In this document: positions 56,171 through 57,868 of the stretch, piece by piece
How positions within the stretch are numbered: the stretch's first letter is position 1
Layout: each line of letters begins with the position of its first letter
Assembly (NCBI GenBank): GCA_002753495.1
Contig: PEAJ01000001.1
Location: forward strand, 1-57,868
Source of the DNA: Magnetococcales bacterium HA3dbin3
GTDB taxonomy: Bacteria > Pseudomonadota > Magnetococcia > Magnetococcales > DC0425bin3
Direction of reading: 5' to 3'
Length of the DNA stretch: 57,868 nucleotides
Position numbers and translations under genes: made by a program
The notes under the pieces: model-generated
What the model was told of the DNA's origin: nothing
Database searches by the model: none
Seen by the model: the letters and a program-made list of their open reading frames with translations, nothing else

Positions 56171-57588
56171 ATTCTATCCCCGCCATGGCCAAGGCCATCG
56201 AAGTCTGGCCGGTGGAACGGCTGATCCCGTATGCCGCCAACGCCCGCACCCATTCCGAGTCCCAGGTGGCGAAGGTGGCCGCCTCCATGAAGGAGTTCGG
56301 CTTCACCAGCCCGATCCTGGTGGACGGCAAGGACGGCATCATCGCCGGGCACTGCCGCCTGATGGCGGCCCGCAAGCTCGGCCTGGATCAGGTGCCGGTG
56401 ATTGTCCTGGACCACATGACCGACGCCCAGCGCCGGGCCTACATCCTGGCCGACAACAAGCTGGCCCTGGATGCGGGCTGGGACAACGACATCCTGGCCG
56501 CCGAACTGGATCGCCTGCGGGAGGACGGTTTCGAGCTGGAGGTGATCGGTTTCTCCGACGAGGAGTTGGGTGACCTTCTGGACGGCATGGGAGACGGTGA
56601 AGGTGGCGCTGGCGGTGCGGGAGATGAGGAGACCATTCCCGAACCGCCACCGAACCCCGTCAGCCGCCCCGGCGATCTCTGGGTGCTGGGCGATCATCGT
56701 CTGCTCTGCGGCGACAGCACCAAGGCCGACGATGTGCAGCGGCTGATGAAGGGTGAGCGGGCCATTCTCTTCGCCACCGACCCCCCGTATCTGGTGGATT
56801 ACGACGGCACCAACCATCCGCCGAACAAGACGTACAAGGAGCGGCAGGAAAAAGCCAAGCCGGCTGCTGCCGGGAAGGTGAAGAAGGGGTGGCTGGATGG
56901 CAACAAGGACTGGTCGGACACCTACGGCGTGACCTGGGACGACTCCAGCCAGGGGCCGGAGTTGTACGAGGGGTTCATCCGGGCGGCCATCGACCACGCC
57001 ATCGACACCCATGCCGCCTGGTACTGCTGGCACGCCTCCAAACGACAGGCGATGTTGGAGGCGGTCTGGGAAAAGATGGGGGCCTTCGTCCACCAGCAGA
57101 TCATCTGGAACAAGCCCTCGCCGGTATTGACCCGGACGCACTACCTCTGGAAGCACGAACCCTGCTTCTACGGTTGGATTCGCGGCAACCGGCCTGAAAA
57201 GATCGAGAGCGCCGAACCGGCCTACACGGTATGGGACATCAAGGGGCTTACCGGAGACGACCGCCCCGAGCATCCGACCCCCAAGCCACTGGATTGCTTT
57301 GCCATTCCCATGCGCCAGCATGTGGAAGCGGGCGGGCTGTGCTACGAGCCGTTCAGCGGTTCGGGATCGCAGATCATGGCCGGAGAGCAGACCGGGCGAC
57401 GGGTCTATGCGATGGAGATCAGCCCAGTTTATGTGGACGTTGCCGTGAAGCGGTTCCTCCAGGCGACCGGGAAGATTGTCTATCTGGAAGGAAGCGGCGG
57501 TAAGACCTTCGAGCAGATCGCCGCCGAGCGAAGCATTGCGCTCGATCAGGCGGCTCTTCCGGTCACGACTCAGGAAAAACAGGAATGA
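56167..57588 (+). CDS. ParB-like nuclease domain / N6- or N4-DNA methyltransferase fusion
   Basis: 473 aa. N-terminus: ERLIPYAANARTHSESQV...ILVDGKDGIIAGHCRLMAARKLG (ParB/Srx). Then FATDPPY (motif IV) and a C-terminal FSGSGSQ (motif I). Confidence 0.85.
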   Translation: MNSIPAMAKAIEVWPVERLIPYAANARTHSESQVAKVAASMKEFGFTSPILVDGKDGIIAGHCRLMAARKLGLDQVPVIVLDHMTDAQRRAYILADNKLALDAGWDNDILAAELDRLREDGFELEVIGFSDEELGDLLDGMGDGEGGAGGAGDEETIPEPPPNPVSRPGDLWVLGDHRLLCGDSTKADDVQRLMKGERAILFATDPPYLVDYDGTNHPPNKTYKERQEKAKPAAAGKVKKGWLDGNKDWSDTYGVTWDDSSQGPELYEGFIRAAIDHAIDTHAAWYCWHASKRQAMLEAVWEKMGAFVHQQIIWNKPSPVLTRTHYLWKHEPCFYGWIRGNRPEKIESAEPAYTVWDIKGLTGDDRPEHPTPKPLDCFAIPMRQHVEAGGLCYEPFSGSGSQIMAGEQTGRRVYAMEISPVYVDVAVKRFLQATGKIVYLEGSGGKTFEQIAAERSIALDQAALPVTTQEKQE

Positions 57589-57766
57589 TGTCCCCACTGC
57601 TCAGGTCGGCGATGTAAGTCACCTGGCGGTATTCGTTCGGACTGGAAGCCACGAACACCCCACCGGTGGACTGAATCGCTACCCCATACTTCCGGGTGAG
57701 ACGGGTCAACTCCTCCATGAAGGCGTCGTAGTTCCGTTCCATCTGGGGGGTGGCTGGCTGCTCCAT
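57563..57766 (-). CDS. hypothetical small protein
   Basis: ORF 57563..57781; ATG 57766 follows GAGGAG. Convergent with the methylase gene and overlaps it by 26 nt. Balanced composition. Confidence 0.45.
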   Translation of the reverse strand: MEQPATPQMERNYDAFMEELTRLTRKYGVAIQSTGGVFVASSPNEYRQVTYIADLSSGDIIPVFPES

Positions 57767-57868
57767 TTTCTGACTCCTCAACAGGTCCGTTCGTGGCAGG
57801 GATATCTGGGTGCCAACCGCCGTCCTGTTGCCGGGGCGGCGGTTGGCGCCGGTTCATCCGGCCACCCG

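Larger units (their letters stand above)
36910..57868. mobile_element. prophage-like integrated element (partial; continues beyond the right edge)
   Basis: Contiguous phage-type modules: serine recombinase plus DUF2924, XRE/ImmA, Sak4-like ATPase, DUF669, Cas4-like nuclease, SF2 helicase, ORF6N, primase-polymerase, RuvC, M15 peptidase plus holin-like genes, small terminase and ParB-methylase. The left boundary could instead be the ssrA 3' end (about 32510). Confidence 0.75.

Overview
High-GC bacterial chromosome segment; my hand tallies of single 60-nt lines give about 67-70% GC in core genes. It falls into five parts.

(1) 1-4.2 kb, housekeeping: a pta/ptb-like fragment, a secreted protein, and rpsP-rimM-trmD-rplS-rnhB.

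(2) 4.3-27.8 kb, a large Wzx/Wzy-type surface-polysaccharide (O-antigen-like) locus. It carries:
- GT2, GT4 (two) and GT9 glycosyltransferases
- Wzz, Wzy, Wzx and an initiating sugar transferase
- a CDP-hexose pathway (rfbF, rfbG, C-methyltransferase, RmlC-like epimerase, SDR reductase)
- a DegT aminotransferase
- a ThDP-dependent E1 alpha/beta pair with no E2/E3
- three radical-SAM enzymes, two of them B12-binding
- an SGNH-like membrane protein

(3) 28-32.5 kb: higBA toxin-antitoxin, a small secreted protein, hisD, murA and a one-piece tmRNA (ssrA, tag [13 protein letters not shown]).

(4) 32.5-36.9 kb: a visibly lower-GC islet directly after ssrA. It holds a two-gene cassette:
- a 1018-aa protein with an N-terminal TIR domain, a long helical-repeat region and an unassignable C-terminal domain
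- a 243-aa PD-(D/E)xK-like protein

This is my best candidate for a new anti-phage defence system.

(5) 36.9 kb to the right edge: a prophage-like element containing:
- a translationally coupled serine-recombinase module
- XRE/ImmA immunity genes followed by two large unknown ORFs
- an ECF-sigma-like gene preceded by a direct-repeat array
- a Sak4-like/DUF669/Cas4-like/helicase/primase-polymerase replication-recombination module
- RuvC
- a lysis cassette
- a small terminase preceded by a dense GGTACGCACC repeat array
- a ParB-methyltransferase fusion

Many long ORFs in the track lie antisense to clearly homologous genes. I treat them as high-GC shadow ORFs. All family assignments come from motif recognition by eye; no database search was run.
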